Notes under the pieces: model-generated
Databases searched by the model: none
What the model was told of the DNA's origin: nothing
Seen by the model: only the letters and a program-made list of their open reading frames with translations
Assembly (NCBI RefSeq): GCF_018350175.1
Contig: NC_058368.1
Location: 67,954,001 to 68,018,000 of the forward strand
DNA length: 64,000 nt
Direction: 5' to 3'
Source: Felis catus
Lineage: Eukaryota
Shown: positions 38,110 to 51,698 of the stretch, piece after piece
Layout: each line of letters begins with the position of its first letter
How positions within the stretch are numbered: the stretch's first letter is position 1
Made by a program: the position numbers and the translations under genes

Positions 38110-38460
38110 TATGTCTTTGAAAGGGGATAGATATTTTATGTGAAAAACAAAGCACCATCGTGAACAATAGCTATACTCATCAACGTGGATGAATTTCAAA
38201 AACACATTTTCTCAGAAGAGAAGATAATTAGCATTATTTCATTTAAGTAAAGTACAAAAAACAGGTAAAACTAAACTATGAGTTGTTTAAAGTTACATAC
38301 AAAAGTAGTAAAAATAGTTTGGGGATGTATGGGAATGTCCTACTTATTGGTCTGAAAGTCAGATGCAGGTAGTTTATTTTCTTACTGCTTTTTAAACTAT
38401 GCAGTTGCATTTATATATTTTCATATACTCTTTTGTAGGTATGTTATATTTCAAAGTATA
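38110..38460 (+). mobile_element. Old L1 3' fragment
   Basis: caacgtggatgaatttcaaaaaca...aaaacaggtaaaactaaactat. Confidence 0.65.
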
Positions 38461-39690
38461 GTACATGCGTAGATGAGACAATGAAACCAAAAATAAAATA
38501 CATCAACATTAATACACCAATATTAACAAAGCAGAATGTATCAAAAACTCTTAAATTTCTGAAGTCTGGCATTAGATCTATCTGTGGATGAACAAATCTT
38601 ATCTAAATGTATTTGACCTTGGGGAAAAAAAACAAAGTACAATTGCTACTAAACAAAAAGTCTTTCTTCTTGCTGAATGTATCAACTGTAGAGGAGAAAA
38701 CCAGTGACTCATATCATACTACACCCAGTGTCTGCACAAAGGATTTAGATTAATTATTCTTAGGAGGTTCAGGCATATTTCTCTAAGATCTTGACAACTG
38801 ATATTGGTTGGTTATGACCCAAGCCATTACTAAGAAACAGAAAAAAAAAAAAACAGACCATCATCATTTCTGTGGAAATAGAGAAGTTTAAATATAGCCA
38901 ATTATTATTAATAGTTGCAGAATAAGTAAAAATAAACATAACATGTTATTTAACCTGATAGGTAGGAATCTATTACTTGAAGTGCAAGAAGCAGCTTTTA
39001 TTTACATTCAGAACAATAACTGCCACTGTTTATGTTAGGTTTTTAGATAGAATCCTCTTTCAGAGATTAAAAATGAAAAAAAGTCCAACAAATCTTTCTA
39101 TACAGAATGTGTCAAAGCTCATGAGGAAATTAAAGCTTTATATAACATAGAGTGTAATTTCCCCATTTGTATGCATTAATTTCTGTACGTTTTACTTGAT
39201 TCTGCTTGTCACCCATTATAACAAGTGAAAATGCCATTTTGTTTGTAAAAGACTGTTTGTGTTAATCATACAATTATGTGTATTATACTCACAGACCTGG
39301 TACCTTTCTGCTGAGGTTGTATGCCTCTACATTTTCAATAGCAAGCTTGCTAGCCTTTGAATAGGTAAAATAGATACCCAAGAGAGATGTGACTTTTTCC
39401 AAGTTATGTATGAAGTCAGTGGGTTTTCTTTATAATAAGGCCATGTTCTCTTTTTTCCTTTTGTAAGAAAAACAGGAGTTGACACCACTGTGGAGCAAGC
39501 CAGACATACTTTAGTGCTTGGCTTCTTTCCAGAACCCTGGAGTGCTCACTTCTGGTTGTATTTTTAAAATTATCATTATTGTGTTAATATTTACAGCTTG
39601 TATTGAACAAATATTTGCAGCACGTATTTGTGGTAAGTGCTATTTTGTTTTCTTAAATCAGTACTTGTGGACCACTACATGTATAAGATT

Positions 39691-39692
39691 AC

Positions 39693-39735
<43 letters not shown>
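39691..39735. repeat. (AC)n microsatellite, one interruption
   Basis: Directly visible. Confidence 0.95.
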
Positions 39736-39736
<1 letters not shown>

Positions 39737-40454
39737 CACTCATGTGGGTATGTGTAGTGTGTGGGAGTATATCTGATTGCAAATGTGTGAAAGTTTCTTT
39801 TTAAGAAAGAACCAAAAAAGAACAGTCAAATAAAGAAAAAAAACCATAATTTCCCTAAATTCCAAGCTAACCCAAGGTGCTCATCTCCATTTGCCTCCTT
39901 AGATTTTTCTCCAAATACAACTTACAGAACATGTATTTGGAGGATTGGGGAAGAAGTGAAGTTCTATTAAAAGAGAGGGTCTTTGTCCATCCAAAACCAT
40001 AAGGCCACCCTTCAGGGGAGAAGCCCACTCTTCCGGAGTTAACCATTTGGCCTCTTCTCTCCTAAATGATAAGAAAATTGCAAGTCACATCCAGTTTGTT
40101 AGTTTTATTTCAATTATGATAATTTTAGCTGAAAGCTAAATTAGAGCTTAATTTTAGTCACAGCCAGCAGGAGCAGATGCTACTTTTCTGGCTTCTGGAC
40201 ATTTCTTCTCCTCATAGGAACAAACACGCCCACCCCCCTTCTCTTTTTTTCCCAACTTTCTATATTATATATAAAGTAACATGGGAAAAAAATGGACGGG
40301 CATTCTTAAGTCACAAAGAATTACTCTTTATATGTTGCTCACCTGTTAAGTCCAAATTCTAAGGGTGACATTCAAAGAAAAAGCAGTTTTTGGCACATAG
40401 ATATTCCTAAAGGAAAATGTTAATTCTGGCTTAGTAGCTGTCCTTAGCTTTCTA

Positions 40455-41098
40455 AAATAATAGCTTTATTGAGATATAATTAATCTATCACACATTTCAT
40501 CCATTTAAATTTAAAATCACTCAGTAGTTTTTAGTATATTCATAGGGTCATACATCCATCACCACAATTAATTTTAGAACATTGCCATTAACCCAGACAG
40601 AAACCCCTTGCCATTAGCAGTCACTGCTTGTTTCGCTCCAGCCTCCCCCAGCACCTGACAACCACATTTCATATAAATGAGATAAAAATATATATAATCT
40701 TTTGTAACTGACTTCTTTGATGTATCAATGTTCCCAATGTTTCTCCATGCTGTAGCATTTAGTGATACTTTATTTTATTGCCCCAATAGTATTCCTCTAC
40801 ATGGATATACCATGGTTTATTTATCTGTTCATCAGGTTGATGGAGAGATTTAGGTGGTTTCCATGTTTCATAATGGTGTCCCATTATCCGACTATTACGG
40901 ATAATGCTGCCATGAACATTCATGTACAAGTTTTTGCATGACTGTACATTTTGCTTATCCTTGGGTATATGTACGTAGGAATGGAGTTGCTGAGTCACAT
41001 GGCAGTGCTGCTATTTTAACCTTCTGAGGAACTGCCGGTCTGTTTCCCAAAGCTGTCGCACCATTTTCCATTCCCACCACCAGTATATGAGGGTTTCG
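40455..41098 (-). mobile_element. L1MB-like 3' end
   Basis: agctttattgagatataatt...ttttagtatattcata...gaggaactgcc..ctgtttcccaaag...ttcccaccaccagtatatgagggtt. Confidence 0.88.
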
Positions 41099-41484
41099 CT
41101 TGCTCTTTGTCCTTTGCTTTTCATTGGGTTTTTGTTACTAAGCCACACTAGAATCAAAGTCTATACTTAGCTCAACATTACAATGTCAACACCAGAGCCA
41201 ATAATGATCAAACTTGTTAGGACTTTTGCAGGTCCGTTTTAAGGAATTGGTTGTCTAGCATTTGAGAATGGTCTTTCTATAGCTCTTTGCTAGGAGTCAG
41301 GAAATTTACCAATACTAGAGTTCCCTGAACACTGGATAAACAAGATTGCTGCCCTAGAAATTGCTTTTCTTTGTTCTCTGAGGACACTAGATCCAGGTTT
41401 GGTTTCTGATGAGGTTTGCTGTGAGTGCTTCCATGATGGTGGCATTTTCATTTATTCCTCAAATGACTCCTTTCAATAAAGTGA

Positions 41485-41525
<41 letters not shown>

Positions 41526-41528
41526 GAG
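41485..41528. repeat. (GA)n(GACA)n microsatellite
   Basis: Directly visible. Confidence 0.9.
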
Positions 41529-42599
41529 GGAATATCTATCAGAGAATCTTTGCCTTACTGTCTTGGTGCCGTTTATTGGGGAATTAATATGCAGCTTCAT
41601 GTGGAAACCTCCTCCTTTTGTTCTGAAAAGTCATTTACGTGCCTAAGTGAACACTTTGATCTTTTACTCACAGTTTTCTTAGCAAGATGCTTGTCTTATG
41701 TTCTTCTCCTTTGGATTTGGAAAGTGTTGTTTACTTCTCATTCACAGCTCCAAGTACATATGAATGTGTTTCTTGTGACCCAAAATTGAACTGTTGGAGG
41801 AAGATTCCAAGCCTTCGCAGTGCCTTGTGTTATATTGTCTCCCATCCTGAAGTTTACATTGATATGTGAGAATATTCAGTTGTAATAAGTTTTGCTCACT
41901 CTTCACAATTGGGATAGCAGTATTGTTATGGAAATAGAGCGTATTGAGGCATAAATGTGTACAGAAAGCTGACAAAGAAACACAGAAGGTTTGAAAATGA
42001 GCTTTGTTATCTTTGAGATGGAGTTGAGATTCACCACAATGCCGAGTCCCACTTTAAATGTTCCCAGACTTCAGAGTGCGTACGTATTTATTTTTGTTCA
42101 GGACAGCATTTCAGCTGACTTTACACTTTCAGCAGCCACCAACCCCATTGTAGCCCAGGGGCTGGTCAAACAGCTTCAGGGCTGACTCTCAACATCCCAG
42201 AGTCAGGGAAGAGTAAGGATGCTGGGATCCTGATTTCCTGTAGTGAGTGGGATCTTGAGTCAATCTGTTATCTAAAGCCTGTGGTGCCTTGCTGAGCTTG
42301 CTTCATTGTGCTGCCACCACTGTGCCAAAGTCCCATCGTGGCTGGCCACTTTGGAATGAATGATGGTCCCGACCAGACTGACATCTGCCTCACACTTTTG
42401 AATATTATAATGTGGATTTCTGACCCCTTCCTAGGGCTGGGGTATGGGGCAAGGATGATTTCTTGGGTCCAGGTCCTATTCTTTTTATGATTACTTCTTA
42501 TCCTTTCCTGGCTATGCTGAATAATTGGTATGCTTTTCTTTGACTCTGTCTAATAAATTCAGCTTAAAGAAAAGTAACATAGGATTGTCTTCTTTTGGC

Positions 42600-45440
42600 T
42601 TTCCTATTTAATGCAAGAGAATACTAAGGAAAAAAAATTCTCTAATCCCTCTATTTTGAATCTCATGTCCCTGGAATAAATGACTTGTGAGCTCTCCATG
42701 TTGAAGGTGTCTCTCCACACTCCGCTCATTCTTCCTCAGTATCTGTGAGGATGATCCTTTCTGTATTCTTGCCGTTAATTTCCTTGCCTGTAATTTCCTT
42801 GATCATGATTTTCTGATGACGATGATTTTTTTCCCCTATGGTTTTCTCCAGCTGGTCTAGCCTGGATCTTATTATTGCTATTAACTTCAACTCTTCCACA
42901 TTTTAATTCCAAGAATCTTATTCTCTGACTACCATGCCCTGTGTTTCCCACTTATTTTCCCTGTAACGTGACTCTAGTAATTCTCCAACTCTCCAGTAAT
43001 TCTCTGGAACTACAATCTATTGACCACCATGTTTTCACTGTCTCTCATCTCCTCATGCCCTTACTTCTCTCTGTACTCTGTGTAAATTCCATAGTCATTC
43101 ACTGTGTTTTTTCTTTTGCCCTTTGTCTCAATGTTCTGCTCCTGTGTCACTTCATTGGTAAAGCCACAATCCTCGATAGATTCTGTAACCCATGCAGGTG
43201 AATGGGGCCAGGGAAAAATAGACAGTTCTACTGATAAGTTTCACTTTAAGTCATGACCATGAACCTCAAATACACCTGTGCCATGCTTCCCTAGTCCATT
43301 CGATCTGTATGTTCCTAAGCTATTTCATAGCTTTCCCCACCCCCAAAACTACTAATACCTCTTCTCCCATCTTCATTCTCAGCTGACAACTTTATTTCTA
43401 CTTCAGTGAGAAAAAGAAAAGCAATAAGAAAAGAACTCCCAGACTCTCATCATCTCATCAATCTACTCACATACTCTGCCTTTATAACAACTACCATAGA
43501 CTAATTTTTTAGCACCAGTACCAAGCCAGTCTCTCAACCTATTCAGTTGTTTCTAACGCTTTGTTTATTCAAGAGCTCTGTGAATTTTCCCCTTTCTGAC
43601 TTGCATCAGCTGTTTTCCCTCTCTATTTGATCATCTCCATCAACATATAAAAATACTATTTATTTCTCCTATTAAAAAAAGAAACCCTCCCTTGACTCAC
43701 CATCCCTTTCAAGCTTTTGATTTTTCTGTTTTTCAATTTATAGCAAAACTCCTGAAAAGAATTATATGAAATTACTATCTCCATCCCACTCTTTCCATTC
43801 TTTCGTGAGGCCTCTATAATTAGGCTTTGTTTTGTTAAAAAACAAAATTCTACCAAGTAAATTTTAAAGATTGAATTGGCTTTATTAAATGATTCATGAA
43901 TTGGGCAAGATCCCATCTAGCAAATAGAAAGGAGCTCCACTGAACTGCAGAAAAGGAAAAAAAAATTAAAGGTAGAGAGCGAGTGGGGAAAAGGAAATTA
44001 TTAACAAGGAATCCATCGTTTTAGGCAAGGTCTCGCACTCCTAAAGGGAACAGATGGGGCTTCTCTGTAAATTTCCTAGTGCTGACCAGGAAATTCCCGT
44101 GTTGACTGGTTGAAGGTTATATTCCAGGAAAATTGAAACTGTAGTTAGGTTAGGTATTCAGTCTTGGTTTACTGACTTGAGGCCTTACCCTAAGTGGCTC
44201 CACTCTTTAGCAGTGTCTTGTGGTTTTCTTTTTAGCATTGTCTACCACTCTATTGAAATTGCTTCATCAAGCCATTGATGACTTCTGTGTAGCTAGATTC
44301 AGCAGTCCATTGCCAGTTATCTTGCTCTATTGGCACCCTTGACATAGTCTATCACTTTCTCCATTTTGAAACACGGTCTTCACTTGGTCTCTGGGATACC
44401 ATAGTCTCCTGGTGTTCCTCCTGCCTCACACTTGATTCTTCTCAGTCTCCCTTGCTAATCTCTGTTCACTTCCTCAACCTCCTTTGATTGGTATGTTTCA
44501 AGGCTCAGTACTTGGACCTCTCCTCCGTTTCTGCCACTGGTGGTCTTATCTGGGCTCATGACTTTAAATATGCATATATTTTGCACTCCCCAAGAAATGC
44601 CTCCACACTGCACGCCTCTCATCATTCCTCGTATGTCTAATTGCACATGTAGCGCCTCCTCTCCAGTAACTGAGGAATGATCTAGCTCAGTTGACAACAC
44701 CCAAAACTGACATCTGAACTTCCCTCCAAATCTAGCCTTTCCACCATCTTCCCTAGCTTCATAAATGGAAACTATCTTCCAGTTGCTCAGGCTAAAAATC
44801 TGGAGTCACCTTCGACCTCCTTTTCTTTCCAAACCCCTCAGATTCAACCTTTAGGCCAATCTTTATGACCATCGAGCTTCCAAATATGAAGGATATAACT
44901 CCTTCTCACCACCTGCACCTCTACCCCCCTCGTCTAAGCCAGTAGCTTCCTAGCTGGTCTCTGCGATTCCACTTTTGCCTCCTTGCAACTTATTCTCATC
45001 AAAGCAGCCACAGTCTGACAGAGCATGGCACTCCTCTGCTCCAGGTCTTCTAGTGGCCCCTGCACTCGGTTCCAGCCACAGGCCTCCTTACTGTTCCTGG
45101 AACACAAACACTCTTCAGGGCCTTTGCTCTTCCTATTTCTTCTGCCTGGAGAGTGTGCTCCCATATCTTCTTCCCTTCTTTGCTCAGCATCATCTTCCCT
45201 GAAGAGCCTATTTAAAGTTGCAATCTGCTGCCTTCTGGTGCTTTCTATTTTCCTTCCTTCCTTATTTTGTATAGCATTTATAACCATCTAACATGCTATA
45301 TATTTTACATCTTATTTTGTTTATTTTCTGTCCCTACCCCCAGCAAAAAATAGGCTTCATAAAAGATTTTTGTCCATTTCATTCAATGCCAACAACAGTG
45401 CTTAGCATAATAAGAACTCAATAAATATTTGCCATATGAA
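42600..45440 (+). mobile_element. Long L2 remnant (ORF2 through 3' tail), interrupted by an LTR
   Basis: Collinear L2 motifs: ctcagctgacaac..acttcagtgagaaaa, ctctattgaaattgc, ggtctctgggatacca, ccagttgctcaggctaaaaa, and tail cagtgcttagcataataagaactcaataaatatttg. Confidence 0.85.
43833..44237 (-). mobile_element. ERV1-type solo LTR (MER57/MER93/MER101-like)
   Basis: tgttaaaa...ttttagca termini, antisense polyA signal tttatt, flanks ttgttt / ttgtct, splits the L2. Confidence 0.75.
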
Positions 45441-45857
45441 TATCATGTGGATTTAAATTGGACCATCTCTCTTATTATAACCTACCTCTTTCCATGAACT
45501 GTGTGAGGTGACAAGTCTCCCTTAAATGAACCACACTGAGAAACTCAAGAATATTTTATCAGTCCTCTGTGCCTTTGTGCTAGCCATGAAGATTTGTGGC
45601 AATAGATGGTAGAAGGCTATACTCCAGGAAGACACTTACAGAGACAGCTCTTTAGCACAAATAGGCTGACAGAAGTTGCAGAAACGCCTTCTCCAGACAT
45701 CTTCAAAAGCTTTATTATCAGCTTCACTGATGGGATCAATGGCCTCGTGAATATCTTTAGGATAGGGGTGTAAACTACCCTTTTCCTCAATTTTAGTAAA
45801 GAATTCTAAGGGAAATGATTACCAATGCTTCAGGATTTCATGATATTAGTTGGTACT

Positions 45858-46215
45858 TCTAATGAGTTGAATTGTATCCCCCTCCCCAAAGATATGTTAG
45901 AGTCCTATTCCCTAATACCTATGAATGTAACCTTAATAACCTTTAATTCTCCTAAAGGAGAAATTTGGACACAGAGACACATGCAGAGGGAAGACAGGGG
46001 GATAATATCATCTACAAGCCAAGGAATGGCTGAGGCTACCAGAAGCTAGGAGAGAGGCATGGAGCAGACACTCCCTCAGCCCTCGGAAGGAATTAACCCT
46101 GCCAGCACCCTTGTTTCAGATTTCTAGACTCCAGAACAGTGAGACAATACATTTATAATGTTGAAACCACCCAGTTTGTCCTACTTTGTTATGGCATCCC
46201 TAGGAAACCACTATA
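45858..46215 (+). mobile_element. MaLR LTR MLT1C-like, internally deleted
   Basis: ctacaagccaaggaatg...ccagaagctaggagagaggcatgga...ctccagaacagtgagacaatacattt. Confidence 0.85.
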
Positions 46216-47169
46216 TTACCTTATTTTATTACTGTGTATAGGTTGGACATATTATGTTAGGACTGATAGTTGATTTAAATCTCAAAGCTTTAGATTTTCA
46301 TTACCTAGAGAAAATTTCCACTTATTTCTAATTCACTAGTAAAATCGTGTTATATATGGCAATATTCTCAGACAATTAATGAAAAGAAGTATTATTTTAC
46401 TGTTTTTTAATGTGTCATTTAGAGGGAAGACTATACAAATAAAAGGACAGATTATGTTTGTTTAATGCTAGATTTTAAGACGTATTTTTGATAAATACTG
46501 CTTTACAAATGCGATTTATATAAATGATAGCCCTTCAGAATTTTCTGAGGAAAGGTAATATTTTTATAGAGTCTTAAACATTTAACATTATTGGGACTAT
46601 GAATGGAGTCTGGAAGGGTTATCCTTTGAGGGGCTAAAGTTGGTCATTTAAATTTGTTGAGAAAGTTTTTAAGACATTTAGAATTCATTTAAATTGACAG
46701 ACTTTAATGCTAGGAAGAAGTGGTTTTGTATGTTAAAATCCTTTCCCTCCTGTATTCATTATGCATCTTAAGATATGATAATATATATACAAACTGTATT
46801 TTACAAATACTTAATTTAGTTTGAAATTATTGTAAGAAAGAAAATATCTAAGAAGCGATCAGGGGCGTAAAATTCCACAGTGATAATGAACTTGGAGGGA
46901 ACCTTGTACGCTCAGTGAATTACAGGCGTAAGACAGTGTGAAAACCGTACTCAATAATGTTGAATATTGTCCAACTTACTCTATTTATGAAGATCCATAA
47001 TTTCAAACATATCTGAGATATCTGATGACTTTCTTTCATGTTTCAGGTTTCTTTTCCCCAAGTTTTATATCATAGTTTTAAATTTTGCTTCACTTAAAGA
47101 TACATGACAGTTTTGCTTAATACATAAAAGTACTGAAGGTCTGAGTATATGTGTCTCTTGTAGGCCTTG

Positions 47170-47320
47170 TAAATTTTGGACCTTAGTTGTAGCTCTGGTT
47201 TTACTAGCAAGTAACTGGTGACCTTGAGAAAGTCTCTTCACCTTTTTGATTTCATTTGTGTCATCTATAAAACTGTAACAATCTGTTTAGTTTGCCTCTT
47301 GACAGTCTTTGTGGAGCCTG
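47170..47320 (+). mobile_element. MIR fragment
   Basis: ctggtgaccttgagaaagtctcttcacc...tcatctataaaa. Confidence 0.6.
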
Positions 47321-49341
47321 ACAAAATTTAGGTAAGTGATTCCCCCGAGTGTTTAGAGTCAGTGCGGCACCATTTGAATGTTCTCTTGGTTACGTGGGTG
47401 TTTGGTCTTGCTTCGCTACTGGGTTGCATTTCCCTTAATCATTAGAGGCCCTCTTTGGACATCTCATTTGAAAAAGTACTGCTCAATCTGTGAGGATTTG
47501 AAGAATGCCAGTATGATTTAAGGGACTGAAATGAAACAAAATCGAAGGCACTTCACATTTTGTGCAGGGGATTGCTTAGTATCTAAAATATGCATTGACT
47601 TGGCGTTGTGCCTATTTATATGTTCTATCAGCAGCACATAGGTAAACATTTACTTGCCATCTACTTGAGGAAAGGAAATGGAAATTCAGGCACGTTGCCG
47701 GTACTTATTTTGGGTCATAGGCTGATATTTAGGACCATAACCACACTAAGGACATCTGAGTCAGCATCAAAGCTGAGGCAACTCTCTACAACAATTCTGT
47801 GTTTGTAATTCAGGGTAGTGGGTGCCCAGAATATTTGTGTTCTTTGTTGGCAGATTATTAACCTGAAGTAATAACTCTTTAGAGGTGTCTACTGCTAGGA
47901 CTTGTGGTAAAGGTCAGGTACAAACAAAGGAAAGGTGTCTGGGGGAGGGAGAAAGTCTGGGCTCCAAATCTCTCCTGTCTTTTTTGGAGGTCTGCAGTGC
48001 TGGATGGTACTGAGGGTTTTGGAGAAGCCCATAGCTTTCCCCAGGAGTTGACAAAGTCGAGCTTTTGGAGTAACAGTAGTTCTAGAATTTTCAGGAGAAA
48101 TTGGCAGGGGTGGAAGCCCTCCCCCAACTTGTGTCCAAAGTTAAAGAATGCAGTGTGTCACCAAAAACAAATTCTGCGAGTTACGGATGTGGGGGCAGGT
48201 GCTTTATAAGGTTTAAACATTCTTTTGGTGGCAGGACACAGCACATTGACCCTTGGGTAGATGAAGGCATAACTCTTTGTTGCCTACAGCTGCCAACTGG
48301 AGCAGGCTGCCAGGCACAGCCACCCAGGGGGGTTGTTCCCAGGGACAGGGTGATAGCAAGCCAGAGCTGCAGGAGACAGCTTATGAATGGCAGGTGGCTG
48401 GTGTTAACGTGGTTTCACAGGTTCTCTGTGGATTTGATAATTTGAAGAATTCTGTGGGCTCCGGGGTATAGAGTCTGTCCCTAGCTGCCTGTTACCTGGC
48501 CCTGAGACAGTTAGGGAAGATGTGTTGTAGCCCAGGATGTGAGAGCCTGATAAGGGAAATGGTTGAGGTATAGACTGGGCAAGAAGAAGAGTTGACTGGC
48601 CTGTAGCCAGGTTCTCAAAACTGAATCGAGATTGTATTTAAGAAAACAAACTACTGTAGGTATATATTCTTTGTAGTTGTTCAACTACCTAGTTGATGCT
48701 TCTTGGCTCTGCCATGGGTTGATGAATGACAGGGGAAGACTGGTATGAAAGAAACTCAAAGCCCTTAGAAAGCACCACCCAAAACTTCTGTGCAAATTTG
48801 GCTATGTGTGGCCGTTGGGGATCTTGACATTCCATGGAGGCTGATCATCCTGTTGACTGGGAGGGTGTTCGTTGCTGCTAATTGAGGGTGGCTTGTGAAG
48901 GAGGAGTCATGTGCTTATCGGGGGATGTCCCCACAGGTAGGAGAACCTTGGGACTATGCCAACAGATAAAGTAGAAACCATATTCAGGGTAAGCTGTTAC
49001 AGGAACACTTGAAGGTTGAAACTTGAAACTTGAAGGTTGAAAGAAGTCTTTGGAATCACCCAGGCCGGTTTTGACCAAGGACGTGTTCCAAGTGGTGGTG
49101 TATATACCATAAATGCCATACCAGCCATTCAGTGGTTTGAATAGACCTCAGTGATTAGCCCAGGTGGTATTGTGGCCCCAGTGACTTGACTGCTGGCTTT
49201 GCCAACCGAGCAGCACAATAGCTTGTCCTAAATACGGGCCTCCCTTTTCATTCCTTATGTCTTTGGATCCCTAGTACCTCTGTTAACAGGGCCCTACTTA
49301 CTGCCTATGGCAGCTCTCTTCTAGTTATAGCTTCGGGGAAG

Positions 49342-49393
49342 GTTTCCATGGCAATTCTAACTCCTGGAATGAGGTGTCTACGAGGGGGCAGTT
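49342..49393 (+). promoter_or_regulatory. Candidate RFX X-box (gtttccatggcaat) plus CTCF-like core (tgtctacgagggggcagtt)
   Basis: Motif matches in a unique, locally CpG-retaining stretch; no functional data. Confidence 0.45.
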
Positions 49394-50106
49394 TGGGCAG
49401 GCACGCATGGCCCCAGCGGACTACGTTGCTGCCTGCGGAGTGTAGTTTTATTAATCAGATGGGAATTGGTGCAGTGCTCCTCTCTAGAGTTTATTTTCCC
49501 CAGCCCTTAGTCTTGATAGGATACTAATGGCTTGCATAATTCCCTCTTTTGTTTTTTCAAAAGATGTATAGGAAACAAAGAAAAATACTCTTTGTGTGGG
49601 TGTCCATGGTAGAATCATCTCTTCTTTGATCAGGTTTATGATGTCTTATAGACTTGGCCTTTCTTTAGATTATCGGTGCCTGGGAAGTCGTAAACCTAAG
49701 TGTTTGACATTTTAAAACACTGCAAGTTCTGGTTAGTTTATCACCATTTTTCTTATTTATGTTTTAATTGTCATAACTTGTTGCTCCCCCAAGCATCTGG
49801 TAATAAGCAAAGAGTTTTGCCTAATTGGTAATGATATATTTTTGGCTATTACTCACATGTTCATAATTATTTTTATGTTGAAATAGTCTAATTTGTTTTT
49901 ATTGTATTTAAATATGTGCTTCTTAAAGCAACTAGTTCTGTAAGTTTTATAACAGAAAAGCAATTCCCCTCCATTAACTGGCACCTGATGTCCACTTTGC
50001 AGAGACAACCACTTTGTTCTTTCAGATGTTTTTTTTTTTTTTTTATTTGCCTCTATGTTTTTAATACCAGGATTTTTCAGTTTTAGATGATTATTTACTG
50101 ACCTAT

Positions 50107-50520
50107 TGTTATGGGCTGGATTGTGTCCTCCAAAAATTCGTCTATTGGAGCCCTAATCTGACCCCCCCTCCCACCACCCCCCCACGACAGTACTTCAGAA
50201 TGTGACTGTGTTTAGAGGGAGCCTTTAAAGAGGTAATTAAATCAAAATGAGGTCATTACGTTAAGCCCTCCTTCAAACTGAGTAGTATCCTTAGGAGAAG
50301 AGAAGATTGGGACATGACCCTGCACAGGGGGAAGGTCATGTGAAGACACTGGAAGAAAATGGCCATCTCTAAATGAAGGAGGGAGGCTTCAGAAAGAAAC
50401 CAGTCCTGTTGACACCTTCATCTGACATTTCTAGGCTCCAGAATGCTGGGGAGATACATTTCTGTTGTTTGGGTGCCCCATTCTGTGGTGTTTGTTATGG
50501 CAGTCTGAGTAGAAAACACA
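50107..50520 (+). mobile_element. MaLR LTR MLT1B-like
   Basis: tgttatgggctggattgtgtc start; cagtacttcagaatgtgactgt; ends tttgttatggcagtctgagtagaaaacaca. Confidence 0.88.
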
Positions 50521-50533
50521 CTCACTCCTCCCA

Positions 50534-51143
50534 TGTGTCTTCTGTCCTTTTACAGCATTACCACCCTCCCAACACTTCTGACACCAGGTGTGTCATTTTT
50601 TTTTTTTTTCTTCCCACCCAGGCAATTTGCTGTGACACTAGCTGGGTGTCCCACAATTCAGTCCAATTCTGACACAGGTTAAGTTAGCACAGACCCCACG
50701 TATTAAGGACTCAGTCCCGCGAGACTGCCCCCCATTTCAGATACCAATCACATGTAGTAGGTCCCCAGATTACTCAATTTTTGTGTGACTTGGCTATGAA
50801 TTGGTGGTCCTAATGACTCCCTCCATAGATTTGATCATTTGCCAGAACAACTCACAGAACTCAAGGGAAGCAAATGCATTTACTAGTTTATTAGATAATA
50901 AAGGATGCGATAGATGATACAGATAAATAGGCAAATGGAGAGACACATAAGGCAAGGTAAGGAAGAGTCCTGAGTACAGAAGCTTTTGTCCCATTAGGAT
51001 GGGGTGTACCACCCTTCCAGATATGGGTGTGTTCACCAACCCAGAAGCACTATGAATCCTGTACTTTTGTGATTTTAATTTAAGCTTATTTATTTATTTT
51101 GAGAGAGAGTGTGTGTGTGAGCAGGGGAGGGGCAGAGAGAGAG

Positions 51144-51196
<53 letters not shown>

Positions 51197-51698
51197 CCCA
51201 AGCAGGCTCCATGCTGACAGCACAGAGCCTGACACGGGGCTCACTCTCACAAACTGAGATCATGACCTGAGCCAAAATCCACAATCAGACACTCAACTGA
51301 CTGAGCCACACAGGCACCCCCTTTGGGGATTTTTATGGAGACATCATCCTGTAGGAGTGCTTAATCTTCTTTTCCTCCCCTGCCCCCCAAGGAGGGTGAG
51401 GATAACCATTGGGGTGGAAAGTTCTGAGCTTATCATGGCTTGGCCTTTCTGGTGATCAGCCCCTATCCTGAAGCTATTCACAAACTCACCAAGTCACCTC
51501 ATCAGAACAAAAGACACTCCTATCACCCAAGAAATTGCAAGGAATTTAGGAGCACTGCGTCAGGAACGAGAGCCAAAGACCAAATAGAAGAACAAAAGAT
51601 GCTCCTGGACTCTTATCACTTAGGAGATTAAAAGGATTTTAGGAGCTCTGTGAGGAACCAAGGCAGAGATCAATATGTATATTTCCTATTTTTTCACA
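50534..51698 (-). mobile_element. MER21-like LTR containing a SINE
   Basis: aacacttctgacacca, gctgggtgtcccacaattcagtccaattctgacac, ggattttaggagctctgtg..gaacca. Confidence 0.85.
51077..51320 (-). mobile_element. Carnivore SINE (SINEC_Fc2-like) with (GATA)n(GA)n
   Basis: TSD cttttgtgatttt / ctttggggatttt. Confidence 0.94.

Noticed and set aside
40759..40998. 79-aa ORF resembling the L1 ORF2 C-terminus
   Set aside because: Degenerate part of an L1MB-like fragment, not a host gene
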